From an uncultured Candidatus Poseidoniales archaeon (lineage in GTDB: Archaea; Thermoplasmatota; Poseidoniia; Poseidoniales; Thalassarchaeaceae), in contig CAZYIX010000002.1 of assembly GCA_964647665.1 (NCBI GenBank), positions 120,722-184,721 on the forward strand: 64,000 bases of DNA, read 5' to 3'. Made by a program: the position numbers and the translations under genes. This document shows positions 29,182 through 39,482 of the stretch, in pieces. Under the pieces are notes generated by a model, which was not told the origin of the DNA, searched no databases, and was given only the letters and a program-made list of their open reading frames with translations. Every line of letters starts with the position of its first letter. Positions within the stretch are counted from its first letter, which is position 1.

Positions 29182-30156
29182 ATGCCAAGAGCGTCTCCTA
29201 GGCATTTAGAAAGACGGCTGGATATCGATGCGTTAGCCGTATCCTGCCGCAACCGATTGGAATCCTGCTTGGATGAGGAAGGTAAGTCCCTCACACCGGT
29301 CCCACTGCCGCTGCTCAGTGTTGAGCATGAGGCTGAAGGTGTAGTCACCTTATGGGTGGATGTGCCACGCTCAATGGCTATCTCTTATTCTCCAGGTCAA
29401 TACTACATGTGCTGGAATCCCTATGATGCCGAAGGGGCAATGAAGCGTCGTGATTACAATAGTGAGAAACCCTACAGTGTTGGCGATATCAAGGTCAGTA
29501 TAGATGAGGCAAAGATGGGCTTCACCGTCAAGGACCTCGGGCGTCAATCGGGTGAACTGACTCGAATGGCTAGAGGGGATTGGTTGGCACTGCGTGGGCC
29601 ATTCGGCACCACCTTCCCCACTCCCGCTGCGGGTGATAGACTGCTGCTTATCTCAGGTGGAATCGGTTCGACACCAATGCACATGGCAGCTAAGGATGCG
29701 CGCAATCGGCTCGGTGATGAAATCGAGATTGTCGCAGTCATGGGTTTCAAGAATGCGGCGGAAGTACATTATATCGAGAGAATGCAGCAAGTTTGCGACC
29801 AATTACACATCACCACCGACGACGGTAGCATGGGGACTGCGGGATTCCCTACCGCCATTTTACCGGACCTGCTTGTCGAGGCAACCGACTTACTAGCCCA
29901 CTCCTCTAACTCTAATGAATCTGGCACGACACGGCTGTACACTTGTGGTCCAGAGCCGATGATGAAGGCTGTACTCAAAATGGCCGTCGAAGCCGGAGTC
30001 GAATCCTATGCAGCAATGGAGAGATATCTGCCGTGTAGCATGGCGGTATGCGGATTGTGTATGGTAGGAGACAAACTCACCTGCGTGGAAGGTCCTGTAA
30101 TGGAAGGCGCATGGCTGCTTGCACAGGATGACTTTGGTGCAGCCCACGCTCATTGA
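29182..30156 (+). CDS. pyrK: Dihydroorotate dehydrogenase electron transfer subunit
   Basis: PGQY, EKPYS, LRGPFG, ISGGIGSTP, TDDGS, CGPEPMM, ERYLPCSMAVCGLC..CVEGPV ([2Fe-2S]). Confidence 0.92.
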   Translation: MPRASPRHLERRLDIDALAVSCRNRLESCLDEEGKSLTPVPLPLLSVEHEAEGVVTLWVDVPRSMAISYSPGQYYMCWNPYDAEGAMKRRDYNSEKPYSVGDIKVSIDEAKMGFTVKDLGRQSGELTRMARGDWLALRGPFGTTFPTPAAGDRLLLISGGIGSTPMHMAAKDARNRLGDEIEIVAVMGFKNAAEVHYIERMQQVCDQLHITTDDGSMGTAGFPTAILPDLLVEATDLLAHSSNSNESGTTRLYTCGPEPMMKAVLKMAVEAGVESYAAMERYLPCSMAVCGLCMVGDKLTCVEGPVMEGAWLLAQDDFGAAHAH

Positions 30157-30191
30157 ACACAATCCTCTTGATGGAGTGGTACTAGCAAAGG

Positions 30192-30590
30192 GTGAGCGAG
30201 ATGGTAAACACACGACTGCGGGTTATCAGCGCTGCTGCCATCATGGCAATTCTTTTGATTCTGCTCAACATAGGAAATGAGCCCGAAATTGACCTCACTG
30301 TCGACCAACTTGTTTCCACAGCGCCAGAGCATGATGGTGAGGCTATCAGAATCCATGGACTGGTTGTGGCCGACAGCCTAGATATCGCCAACGATACCTT
30401 GGTTCTGGGTGGCAACGAAAATGTGGTTCGAATCAAGTTCGCTGGGCTTGCGCTGCCTGATGGCTTGTCAGAGGGCAAAACCATCTCAGTGCGTGGAGAT
30501 GTGAGCAACGACGAAGGTGAATGGGTTGTACATGCGATGGAAATCAAGACTGGATGCCCCTCAAAGTATCAGGCCGAGGCCTCACAGTGA
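30192..30590 (+). CDS. ccmE: Cytochrome c maturation protein CcmE, Cys-type (CxxxY)
   Basis: N-terminal TM, OB-fold pattern IRIHGLVVADS..LPDGL..G, C-terminal IKTGCPSKY. Confidence 0.85.
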   Translation: MSEMVNTRLRVISAAAIMAILLILLNIGNEPEIDLTVDQLVSTAPEHDGEAIRIHGLVVADSLDIANDTLVLGGNENVVRIKFAGLALPDGLSEGKTISVRGDVSNDEGEWVVHAMEIKTGCPSKYQAEASQ

Positions 30591-30635
30591 GCCGGCCAAA
30601 CCCCACCGTTGGGTTGATATGGACCCCAATTCAGC

Positions 30636-30945
30636 AGCAGTCGGGCTAGGAGGGGGGTTGGCGTCCCCTGTATCGCAAATCGCAACATGGCGGTCCGAAC
30701 GCCCGGGAGCGGCGAAGACGAGCAGTGCACGACGCATCTGTGGACGTTGATGCCTCGCCTCTATGTGATCGAGGTTCTGGGAAACTGTATTCGGAAGAAA
30801 ATAGAAACTCACTCATCGGGGGATCAGGTCAGGCCAGGAATGGAGCAGCCCTACCCGAAGCCTATGGTGCCATGGAGAAACGGGGTGGAGAAAACGGATG
30901 TATCATCGTGTGCTGAAACGAGCGTCCATCCCGGGCCTGCCCACC
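30636..30945 (+). ncRNA. ffs: Archaeal signal recognition particle (7S) RNA
   Basis: Alu-domain-like GGGCTAGGAGGGGGGTTGGCGTCCCCTGTA; helix 8 CAGGCCA-GGAA-TGGAGCAG (SRP54 site); downstream AACGGGGTGGAG; ~310 nt; ends approximate. Confidence 0.9.
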
Positions 30946-30950
30946 TGAAG

Positions 30951-33149
30951 TTATTCTTCGCTTTGTGAGCTATGGCTTGGCAAATGGTTGAGCGAGAGGC
31001 AAGTTGCGAGAATTACAGAGAGCAGAATGCTGATGCTCAGTAACTTCCCGGTGCTATGAGTCGGTGGGAAGGTCGCCATTGCCAGCATGACAAATACTGA
31101 GCAAGATGTTGCTGCGGCCCACCACCTTGCGGAATTATCCCGACGTGTAGGTGGGTGTTCTGCACTTGCATGAGATAGATAATCTGCGGTGAACCCCATG
31201 CCCAAGAGAACGGCAGGTGCGGTACTATTGTCGCGACCATCCATAAGACTGGCTAATCCATCGACCGCGATTCCGATAGCGATGGTTCCTATGGCAATTC
31301 GGGCGGCACGCTTCGGAGAGCGTAATACGAAGTATGACACAAGGAATATCCCAACACCGGCTGCCAGAATTTGAGTAATCCGGCTTTCTTCGAATGCGTG
31401 GGCCAGTGCTGCTCCAGTTGGTAAATCACCTCCAGCAATTCCCGAAATTCCATTTTTGTCTAACAAATCCTCGACATCTTCGGAAAAAATCAGTGCACCC
31501 TCGGCATCACTACCATCAATCAATACGCCAATGGCAATACCAGTTGTAACTCCATCACGTTGCAATCTTGAATCGGCAATGAGTATTGAGCCGCCTGATG
31601 AAGCGAAAACACTGTCAATAGTTGCATTACTACTTTCATTGTCAGAATTAGGAATTCCTAAAATCATCGGGAATCTTATCAATCCAGTATCAATAGAAAC
31701 CACACTTGGATGCAGACTTATCTGTTCCTGAAGTTCGACAATTTGCTCAAAGTCTTCTGGAGAATCTCCTTCGACGTCGACCAATACCCACGCGATTGTG
31801 CTAGAAGCAAGAATATACTGCGATTGTAATTCCTCCATTTCCCCAATTGAGGGGTCATTTTCAGGCAGGAATTGATGTACATCTAGTACATTTACCCCCG
31901 GAGGAGCAATCACTGCAATAGAGGTCAACAGAATGAGGGCTATCGGCCAAGACCACGTTAATTTGCTCTGAGGTCGAATAATCTCAGATTCAATCGTAGC
32001 ATCGATTTCTGAACGCCTGTTCAGGTAGAAGTCCTCAAGCACGTAGCGGGTGAGTGCCCAGGATATAGAAATCCCAACAATCATCACAAATGACAGAGAC
32101 CTTTGTGCCCTGACAGGCGACAATAATGCTAGCGAAATGGCTGCAATGGTGGTTACCATCGCAACGAATAGCATTGTTCGCACTTCATCGCGGCCTCTTG
32201 ATGATTTGCAATACCAGAAGGCACCGTCAACTGCAACGCCAATAATAATCGGAAAGGCAATCATATCTATTATTGAAAATCTATAGCCAAGTGCCGATAA
32301 CAGCCCCAACTCGGCTCCAATAACCAATCCTGCACCTCCCAAGGTGGCAGCAGCGACACGCAAATCCCTCAATCCGATTGCTAGAACCAAGGCGAGAACC
32401 ACCAATGCAGGAAAGAGAACCTTTGCCATGTCCTCTTCAGCAATATTTCTGGATTTGGCAAACATCATGTTCAGGCCAACTGCCGAAACCTCAAATTCGG
32501 TTGAATCACTAATCTTCTGTGCCCAATCATTCAGCAAATTCCAATCTGGATTAGGTTGTTCGCTCTCAAACCATACCAACCAAATTACCTCGTTGGCCTG
32601 TGGTGGTTGTGTTGCCGACGCACCAGAAAAATCTGGGCAAGCAACCCCATAATTGGAGCCTTCAGGTAGTAACAGCATAGTGGCTTGCAGGGCTGCATTC
32701 TCTTGTTCGGTGGAACTATTCCCACACCACCCATTTTCTAGAGTTGGCTGTAACACATCAGCCCACCTAGTGGCATTTTGCAGCGAGCGATTTCTGGAGG
32801 CAAAGGCATCAGACCAACTGCTGAAAGGCGATTCTATTCGGCCAAATCTAATTCCCTCTACATCCCATGAAGTCTCGGGATTTGAACCATCGATGGCTTC
32901 CTGTTCAAGTTGTATCAAACTCTGAACTCGAGATAGATTGCTAGTAAGCCATTCACCATCATCATGGTTGATTCTCAACACGAGTTGTCCATCCAATTTA
33001 CTAGCCGATTCATCATCAAGCCTTGTTTCAACTTCGGCCGCGAACAGTAGTTCAGTTGAGAGTGTAGGTTCAGCAGGAAAAGGCACGAGCAGACCGCAAC
33101 ACATCACTAGCACCAGCACCACGGCCAGCCGGACTTGCTTTGGGCCCAT
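30951..33149 (-). CDS. Divergent MMPL/RND-family membrane protein
   Basis: Two (loop + 5 TM) repeats with IIIGVAVDGAF and LLGMGFTADY; HQFLPENDPS loop motif. Confidence 0.8.
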   Translation of the reverse strand: MGPKQVRLAVVLVLVMCCGLLVPFPAEPTLSTELLFAAEVETRLDDESASKLDGQLVLRINHDDGEWLTSNLSRVQSLIQLEQEAIDGSNPETSWDVEGIRFGRIESPFSSWSDAFASRNRSLQNATRWADVLQPTLENGWCGNSSTEQENAALQATMLLLPEGSNYGVACPDFSGASATQPPQANEVIWLVWFESEQPNPDWNLLNDWAQKISDSTEFEVSAVGLNMMFAKSRNIAEEDMAKVLFPALVVLALVLAIGLRDLRVAAATLGGAGLVIGAELGLLSALGYRFSIIDMIAFPIIIGVAVDGAFWYCKSSRGRDEVRTMLFVAMVTTIAAISLALLSPVRAQRSLSFVMIVGISISWALTRYVLEDFYLNRRSEIDATIESEIIRPQSKLTWSWPIALILLTSIAVIAPPGVNVLDVHQFLPENDPSIGEMEELQSQYILASSTIAWVLVDVEGDSPEDFEQIVELQEQISLHPSVVSIDTGLIRFPMILGIPNSDNESSNATIDSVFASSGGSILIADSRLQRDGVTTGIAIGVLIDGSDAEGALIFSEDVEDLLDKNGISGIAGGDLPTGAALAHAFEESRITQILAAGVGIFLVSYFVLRSPKRAARIAIGTIAIGIAVDGLASLMDGRDNSTAPAVLLGMGFTADYLSHASAEHPPTRRDNSARWWAAATSCSVFVMLAMATFPPTHSTGKLLSISILLSVILATCLSLNHLPSHSSQSEE

Positions 33150-33245
33150 GTCGAACCCTCTTTGCCGACCGCGAATCATCTTTGCTCGTATACGCAATCT
33201 TGAGAGATGTTCTGCATTGTTCGTATCATGCTTGCGATTAAGTGG

Positions 33246-36200
33246 TCATGTCCACTCATTCCACTGACCGGTTGTGGGATCCTTCCACCACCACGAATCG
33301 CTTCCTTCAGGATGCTCAAGAACCTCATAGCCATCCCGCATTTCACCGACCATGCCAGGGGCTGGAACATCAGGACCGGGTTCAAAGGCGCGGTCAACTT
33401 CATTCATCAAATCCTCATTCCAAACGCCTTCGTCCTTCCGTTTCCTTGTAATCACGATTACAGTTCCCACTGCTGCAACAAGCACCACTAATCCAACTAT
33501 TATTCCTATAATTAGTAGCGCATTAGTTAGGAAAGTGGAAGAGGAGACTCCTGAGTCACCTGAACTTCCATCGCCGGTTTCGTTACCTGTTACATTGCCA
33601 GTTCCGTTATCGGTTCCATTACCAGTTTCATTGCCAGTTTGGTTACCAGTTCCGTTGCCGGTACCACCATCCGGAAGAGCACAACCTGTCGCGTCGACTA
33701 TTGTTCCTACAGTGGTATTTGGGCAATCATCATCGATGTCATAGACGCCATCACCATCTGTATCAGGAAGGGTGCAACCCAGCGCATCAACCTGAGCCCC
33801 AGACGGTGTTCCGGGGCAATCATCGTCCGCATCATTGACGCCGTCGCCATCGGTATCTGTGGGCAACACTACTCCATCATCAGTCACGATGATGGTCAAT
33901 TCTGCAGGGTTGTACATGCCACCAGATACGCGGACAATAATTGTGCCAACAGTCACTCCAAACAGCACTTGTCCGTTATCATCAGTGACCATGCCATACA
34001 GAGTCACATCGTCTCTGACCAATGTGACAGATAGTCCGTCAACAGGCTGATGGTCTTCATTGACCACGGTAATTTGAACTATATCACCCGGCATTGGATT
34101 TGCCGGACTGAAACTCATGGACAAATTGGTCATTACAGGTGGTTCTGGATTGGGCTCCGCTTCCGCCCAATTAAGAGCCGCAATCATTTCCGCATCCTCG
34201 CCATCGCCAACTTGAGCGATAGCTAGCACGGTGTAAGTGTCCTGAGGAGCGGATAGAATTGGCAACCGCAAATCTGCACTGGAGCCTTGACCCCATGCGA
34301 CCGAATCAAGGCGACCAAAGAAATCATCAAACATCTCAAATGCTTCTATTTCTGACTCTTCTTGGTCACCGGGGCACATACTCCAATCAGAGTCGCCTTC
34401 GATCCACCACCAATTATCATCTCCATATTCGACATGGAATTGATACTCACCTTGGTAATCCGAATTACTCGTCAGAGTATACAATCTTGTTTCTTGGGTG
34501 TTCACGCTGTATTTCGCGTAGTAGTATCCTTTTTCCGAATCCCATGTCCAATCAGATACTGGAGTGATTACCGTGTCATCCCAATCTGTTAGTACAGCAT
34601 TGGATGCGTCGTAGTTGGGGTCTGGTGTGAAGGATGTGTAATCGTAATTCATTCCTTGACGTAGAATCATTCTGACATTGGACATGTCCTCCGTTGTCGT
34701 TCCATCTTCTTCATGGTAAGATTCGAATTGCTCACAAACTTCCGTCAGTTCATTTTCGGCCGCAATCCATCCGACCTCTTCCCTAACTCCTTCGCCCCAC
34801 GCCAATTCAGTGAATGCCCCAAGGTCTATCGATGCAGGGTCAAGGCCGCTTTCTGGTGCTGCCAAAGCAAGTATGCGTGATGCAACTCCATCAGCAGCGC
34901 TAAGGGCAATATTGGTAGTTTGTCCCGGTCCTAGCGTTCCATCCATTTCTAGAGAACCAGGATTGTTCAGCAGAATACCTGCGTGAATTGCATTGGGGAA
35001 TAGTTGCTCCTCATCTTCATTTATCATCACTGCAATCATTGTTACTGGAGAAGTTAGTCTCACCTCTTGACTTCGAGAGGTGTCTCCTTGTTGGAATTCA
35101 AGTTCATATTCGGTAGCCTCCGACCATACCTCATCATCAATATCCGGGAATGCTACTGACAGGTCCATCGGTGCAATACCTAGCCAAGCCGTGTAATCGT
35201 CTGCATCTACACCAGTAGGTGTTACGGTGATGGTGGTAAGGCCGCCTGAATCAGTGGAAACAGTGTAAACAGGCATACCAGCAATTGTGGTCTCCTGATG
35301 TAAATCACCGAACGACACTGAGGCTTCGGTTACAGCGACTAGGTTCATACTCAATCCAGTGAGTGTTGCTCCATCATCTCTGGTAATCTGCGATTGTACT
35401 ATGCTGATATACACGCCAGGCAGATTTGGCTGGACAGTGAGGCTTACTTCACCATCACTGCCAGAAGTCATGATTTGCTCATCTATCACTTCAAAAGGAC
35501 CATCTGTGAAGAAAGCGTCAATGATTTGCGCTGAAGGCATGAATGATTCATCGCTCTTCAGTTCACACCAACCGACCTCGATCCATCCCTCGTGGGATTC
35601 AGAACTCTCCTTCCAGAATCCCTGATAGCGGTTGTAATTCAGGTAATGGGTAGTCTCATCGTTATTCTCGTCAGTGTACTGAACAGTAATGTCGTATTCG
35701 TCCCAAGTACCTTCAGCATATTCATGGCTCTCCCATCCATCCTCGCGATCTTCTTCGCCTGCCGCACCGTTCTGATGCATCCAAGAATCTCCATCACCCC
35801 AATCAATAGATATCGAGGAAAGTCCCGGTTTCTCAAATTCCCCTTCATCGTGACGGAAGTTCTCGTAATTCCATCCGACATTGACCCACCGGTCACCACC
35901 GGAAGCCTCTGTTCTTGCACAGCCACTAGTTCCGGGTAGTGGAACTTGCTGCATGAATTCAAATTCAAGGCCGGTATCTGTAACTCCGGTGGTTATTACA
36001 TCAGCAAGGCCGCCATTAGGTAGGCTGCTGCTGCTCGCAGACCAATAGGAACCCATGCCAGATATTTCGATATCGTCCTCAATTTCTGCTGTTTGAGGGT
36101 GGTAGTGTCCTTGCCTTTCTTCTCGGTCTTCATCACCACTGTACTCAGAAATTGTTGCACTTAGATCTCCATCGAGGTCGCTTCCATCATAACTACCAGT

Positions 36201-38321
36201 CACCATGCTGGTGGATAGGGTGATTTCAACTCCTCCTTCAGATTCAAATTGACTGAGCGCTTCTTCAATGAGTTGTGGTGAGGTGCGCAAAATTGCAATA
36301 TCAACCTCTGCTCCTGCAACACTTCCTGCGTAGTCATAGGTCAGCGCAGTGACATCATACGGAGCACTCACAAGCGTGGTTTCATCTTGTTCAACAAGCA
36401 CTCCTACGGCTGAAACTATGAAATGCTCATCTGAAGATTCCCACGACATTGCCTCAAGCATTGAGGGGCGCAAGGTTTCCATATTGAGTTCGGCTCTTTC
36501 TATTTCACAGCCCATGCTAGCACAATCAGGCTCGAAATTCTCAAGCGGTTGGGTAAATGACCACGTAGCATCTTCGATATGAGTTGCAGTTAACCTACCG
36601 TAGTAGCGATGACGGTCATCATCATCCTGCTGAAGAACTGTACTTACCATAGCCCCATGATTGTTGTTCATACTCATCGAGAATTGTGTTGGATAGTCAT
36701 CGTCATCCCAAGGACCCCAGAATGCCATTTCGATACCAATGTCGAGAATATTAGCATCGTATACGGAGGTGCGAACGTCGTATAGTTCCTCGAAAATCAC
36801 TGAATCGTCAGACTCACCGGACTCGCCTTCTCCCTCTTCCTCACTTGGCTCCCAATCTAGATTTCTGTCAACACCTGATGCATTTTCCATCCAGTCGGTG
36901 AACGTTGCCAGGTCTTCCATTACATCTCCCAATGCTGGGTGGTCCATTGCGGTAAACGCGTGATCGATAATATCCTCGGGTAACGTGTTGAAGTCATCGA
37001 AAACATCGTTCACATATGAGGAAGAAGCACTGGATTCCATTTTGGCTGTCCATGCTTGGCCCTCAGTGGTTTCAAGGAGATATTCATATTGCCAAGTTAT
37101 TACATCAGGCCTCTCATCTCCATCCAAATCCTGAACGTCTGTCTCGGCTAGTTCCTCAGCCATAACAATCCATTTGAAAAGTAATTTCTGATACGGCGTC
37201 ATGCTTTCTTCATCCCCCTCCATTAGTGGCAGAATCCAAGCCTCCAATGCTTCAGCGATTGCATCTGGATGAACGGAAACTGAAAGCAGAGCCAGATTGT
37301 GCATGATAATCTGAACAGATTCGAACGATTTGGTGCCATTGGCCAGATTATCCAACGCCCCCTCAAGAGCGGCCCATTCATCACTTCCAAGCATGGCATT
37401 GTAAGCTGCTTCAAAGTCTCCAGTTCCCTCAAAACGAGTGAAATTCTCTATTGCGTTGAACGTTTGCATATATTCTGCTAGTTCATCGAAATCGTTCAAA
37501 GTTCTAGGAAGTGGCAGTTCATGCAAATAGAGTAGAAGTCCGGTGATTAACGACATACTGGCGTCGACATCATTGGAGTCAAAGAACTCCATCAGTGCTT
37601 CAAGGAAATCGGCTCCTGCAGACATCTCGTACTGGTTGTGACCAGCATAAATCATTGCATCCCAGAGTTCCTCGCTATTGCCGGAACCCGGCTCTTTTGT
37701 CGCAGTTGTAACAAACGATGACCAACCTCCTTGACTGGTGCCCTCAGCGTCCAAAACGTCGAATTCGGATTTGATTGCCATCGTTGGATTTGCAGAATCC
37801 CATGCAGTATCTACCGATTGAAGCAATTTCTCAACTTCGCCCCGCAAAACTTCTTGCAATTGAGTGGGGTCATCTGCAACTCGCATATTGCCATCTTCGG
37901 CAAAAATACGTGCCCCATACAATCCACCGAGTGCATAGACAGGGACAACGTAAGTTCCCTCCCAAGTCATTGTATTGCCATCTTCTTCATGAGGACCATT
38001 ACTTGTCAACACCACTGTGTCAATATATGTTCCAACGTCACCAAAAACATCAGCACCTTTGATCGCATCTATCGGGGTGACATCGTAATGAATGATGTCT
38101 GCAGTGACTATAGTTGACGAAGAATGTCCACGGGTCAATGCATTTATCTCAACGGCCGAACCAACAGTTGCTAGTTTGGTGTTTACAAAACCATCAATAC
38201 TCAAAGTTGTTTGAGTTCCACCAGATATCGCGTTGTCGTTCGGTGCTGTAATTTCAGCCATGCTCGGTTGCACCGACATGCATAGCATCAGGGCCACAAT
38301 CAGAAGTGCAGTGCGCTTCAT
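33246..38321 (-). CDS. Very large acidic cell-surface protein (TSP3 repeats, NxT-rich linker, C-terminal TM)
   Basis: Signal peptide MKRTALL..SMA; PKD-like IDWGDG; DTDGDGV..CP repeats; TM followed by a Trp-rich tail. Confidence 0.85.
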   Translation of the reverse strand: MKRTALLIVALMLCMSVQPSMAEITAPNDNAISGGTQTTLSIDGFVNTKLATVGSAVEINALTRGHSSSTIVTADIIHYDVTPIDAIKGADVFGDVGTYIDTVVLTSNGPHEEDGNTMTWEGTYVVPVYALGGLYGARIFAEDGNMRVADDPTQLQEVLRGEVEKLLQSVDTAWDSANPTMAIKSEFDVLDAEGTSQGGWSSFVTTATKEPGSGNSEELWDAMIYAGHNQYEMSAGADFLEALMEFFDSNDVDASMSLITGLLLYLHELPLPRTLNDFDELAEYMQTFNAIENFTRFEGTGDFEAAYNAMLGSDEWAALEGALDNLANGTKSFESVQIIMHNLALLSVSVHPDAIAEALEAWILPLMEGDEESMTPYQKLLFKWIVMAEELAETDVQDLDGDERPDVITWQYEYLLETTEGQAWTAKMESSASSSYVNDVFDDFNTLPEDIIDHAFTAMDHPALGDVMEDLATFTDWMENASGVDRNLDWEPSEEEGEGESGESDDSVIFEELYDVRTSVYDANILDIGIEMAFWGPWDDDDYPTQFSMSMNNNHGAMVSTVLQQDDDDRHRYYGRLTATHIEDATWSFTQPLENFEPDCASMGCEIERAELNMETLRPSMLEAMSWESSDEHFIVSAVGVLVEQDETTLVSAPYDVTALTYDYAGSVAGAEVDIAILRTSPQLIEEALSQFESEGGVEITLSTSMVTGSYDGSDLDGDLSATISEYSGDEDREERQGHYHPQTAEIEDDIEISGMGSYWSASSSSLPNGGLADVITTGVTDTGLEFEFMQQVPLPGTSGCARTEASGGDRWVNVGWNYENFRHDEGEFEKPGLSSISIDWGDGDSWMHQNGAAGEEDREDGWESHEYAEGTWDEYDITVQYTDENNDETTHYLNYNRYQGFWKESSESHEGWIEVGWCELKSDESFMPSAQIIDAFFTDGPFEVIDEQIMTSGSDGEVSLTVQPNLPGVYISIVQSQITRDDGATLTGLSMNLVAVTEASVSFGDLHQETTIAGMPVYTVSTDSGGLTTITVTPTGVDADDYTAWLGIAPMDLSVAFPDIDDEVWSEATEYELEFQQGDTSRSQEVRLTSPVTMIAVMINEDEEQLFPNAIHAGILLNNPGSLEMDGTLGPGQTTNIALSAADGVASRILALAAPESGLDPASIDLGAFTELAWGEGVREEVGWIAAENELTEVCEQFESYHEEDGTTTEDMSNVRMILRQGMNYDYTSFTPDPNYDASNAVLTDWDDTVITPVSDWTWDSEKGYYYAKYSVNTQETRLYTLTSNSDYQGEYQFHVEYGDDNWWWIEGDSDWSMCPGDQEESEIEAFEMFDDFFGRLDSVAWGQGSSADLRLPILSAPQDTYTVLAIAQVGDGEDAEMIAALNWAEAEPNPEPPVMTNLSMSFSPANPMPGDIVQITVVNEDHQPVDGLSVTLVRDDVTLYGMVTDDNGQVLFGVTVGTIIVRVSGGMYNPAELTIIVTDDGVVLPTDTDGDGVNDADDDCPGTPSGAQVDALGCTLPDTDGDGVYDIDDDCPNTTVGTIVDATGCALPDGGTGNGTGNQTGNETGNGTDNGTGNVTGNETGDGSSGDSGVSSSTFLTNALLIIGIIVGLVVLVAAVGTVIVITRKRKDEGVWNEDLMNEVDRAFEPGPDVPAPGMVGEMRDGYEVLEHPEGSDSWWWKDPTTGQWNEWT
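33570..33665 (-). repeat. 12-nt-period tandem repeat encoding GN(G/Q/E/V)T N-glycosylation sequons
   Basis: TGNGTGNQTGNETGNGTDNGTGNVTGNETG in the stalk before the TM. Confidence 0.8.
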
Positions 38322-38380
38322 AACCCGTGGAGTAATATCAAGTACTTTACCGGTTTCCATAGGAAACCGTTGAAAATAGG

Positions 38381-39397
38381 TCAATAAATGGATAACCCTA
38401 GACTAATTTTTCCAGTTTCCTCAACCAACGTCGCGCAACCATGATTTGCATAATCCACCTCATTCCATATTGCTCCTTCTGGAGTAAAAACACTGTATTG
38501 CAAGCCAAGCGCATCGAACCAAATGCTCAACGGCGCAACTGCAGTGCTGCTAGAATCTACAACATTCCATGAATGCGAAGCAACAATCTCTTCCTCTGAG
38601 AATGGGCACATTGGGGTGATGTCATTCAATTCCTCACCAAGTTCGAACATTTGGCGAAGGTCGGCCATCTTAGAGGGTGTATGATTTGTCAAAGGGGAGC
38701 CTTCGATGGCGACCCATTCAGCCGGCTGTTGAATGACAATTGGCTCTGAAACCGGAATGAAAGTGGAGGTGAGATTAATGTCAGGACGGGTATTTTCGCT
38801 ACAAAAGAAATTGTCGGGCAGACAACCACGGGTGTTGCGGGCATTGTCCAGTAACTCTTCAATCAATAGCCAAGGTCCGGTTTTACTCTCCATATTTCCA
38901 TCAATTGTCGTGAAAGAAGCGCTATGACGATTTGAAGGGTTCCACCTCGGTGGATTATGGGTGACGAATAGTTCCAAATTTGCTGATGCAGCGCCAGCAT
39001 CCCAATCTATCGATAGCCATTCTCTTGAGACCAGAGCGTCATTCTGATATTCCATCAAGTGAGTAATGCTGAGTTCTCCTTCAACTCTACCTTGCTGATT
39101 TGCATCATTGATGAGATCAGTAATGACCACGCTGCCATTCAGATGTATTCCAATGGGTGAAGATTGGCAGTACGGGCATTCAGCGCTGATTACTGAGCGA
39201 GATTCCATATCGATTGTCGCCAACGCTTCACGATTGAACTCCTCAAGCCCGAGTACATCCATTGATGCGCGAGTAGAGAGGATAATGGTTCCAGAAATGT
39301 GTGATACTTCAAGTTCGGGCTCAGGGTCTTGTTCAGGTTGTATACCAATGACGATTGTTGCTGCTACCACCATGGCGAGAACAGCCCACTCAACCAT
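38381..39397 (-). CDS. Hypothetical membrane-anchored secreted protein with paired Cys
   Basis: N-terminal hydrophobic anchor; CPYC, GCL..FC; lies upstream of the giant surface protein gene. Confidence 0.7.
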   Translation of the reverse strand: MVEWAVLAMVVAATIVIGIQPEQDPEPELEVSHISGTIILSTRASMDVLGLEEFNREALATIDMESRSVISAECPYCQSSPIGIHLNGSVVITDLINDANQQGRVEGELSITHLMEYQNDALVSREWLSIDWDAGAASANLELFVTHNPPRWNPSNRHSASFTTIDGNMESKTGPWLLIEELLDNARNTRGCLPDNFFCSENTRPDINLTSTFIPVSEPIVIQQPAEWVAIEGSPLTNHTPSKMADLRQMFELGEELNDITPMCPFSEEEIVASHSWNVVDSSSTAVAPLSIWFDALGLQYSVFTPEGAIWNEVDYANHGCATLVEETGKISLGLSIY

Positions 39398-39482
39398 GGA
39401 TGCGGTCTGACCTTCAGTTGTGTCCACAATATCGGGACAAAGTCGCAATTGAAGGTGTTTCCCGCTGATTTGCTGCTGCGGC

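Noticed and set aside
30517..30968. Small ORFs between ccmE and the MMPL gene
   Set aside because: They overlap the SRP RNA, which explains the region.
30930..39480. Integrated element using the SRP RNA as an attachment site
   Set aside because: No integrase, and no convincing direct repeat of the RNA 3' end on the far side.
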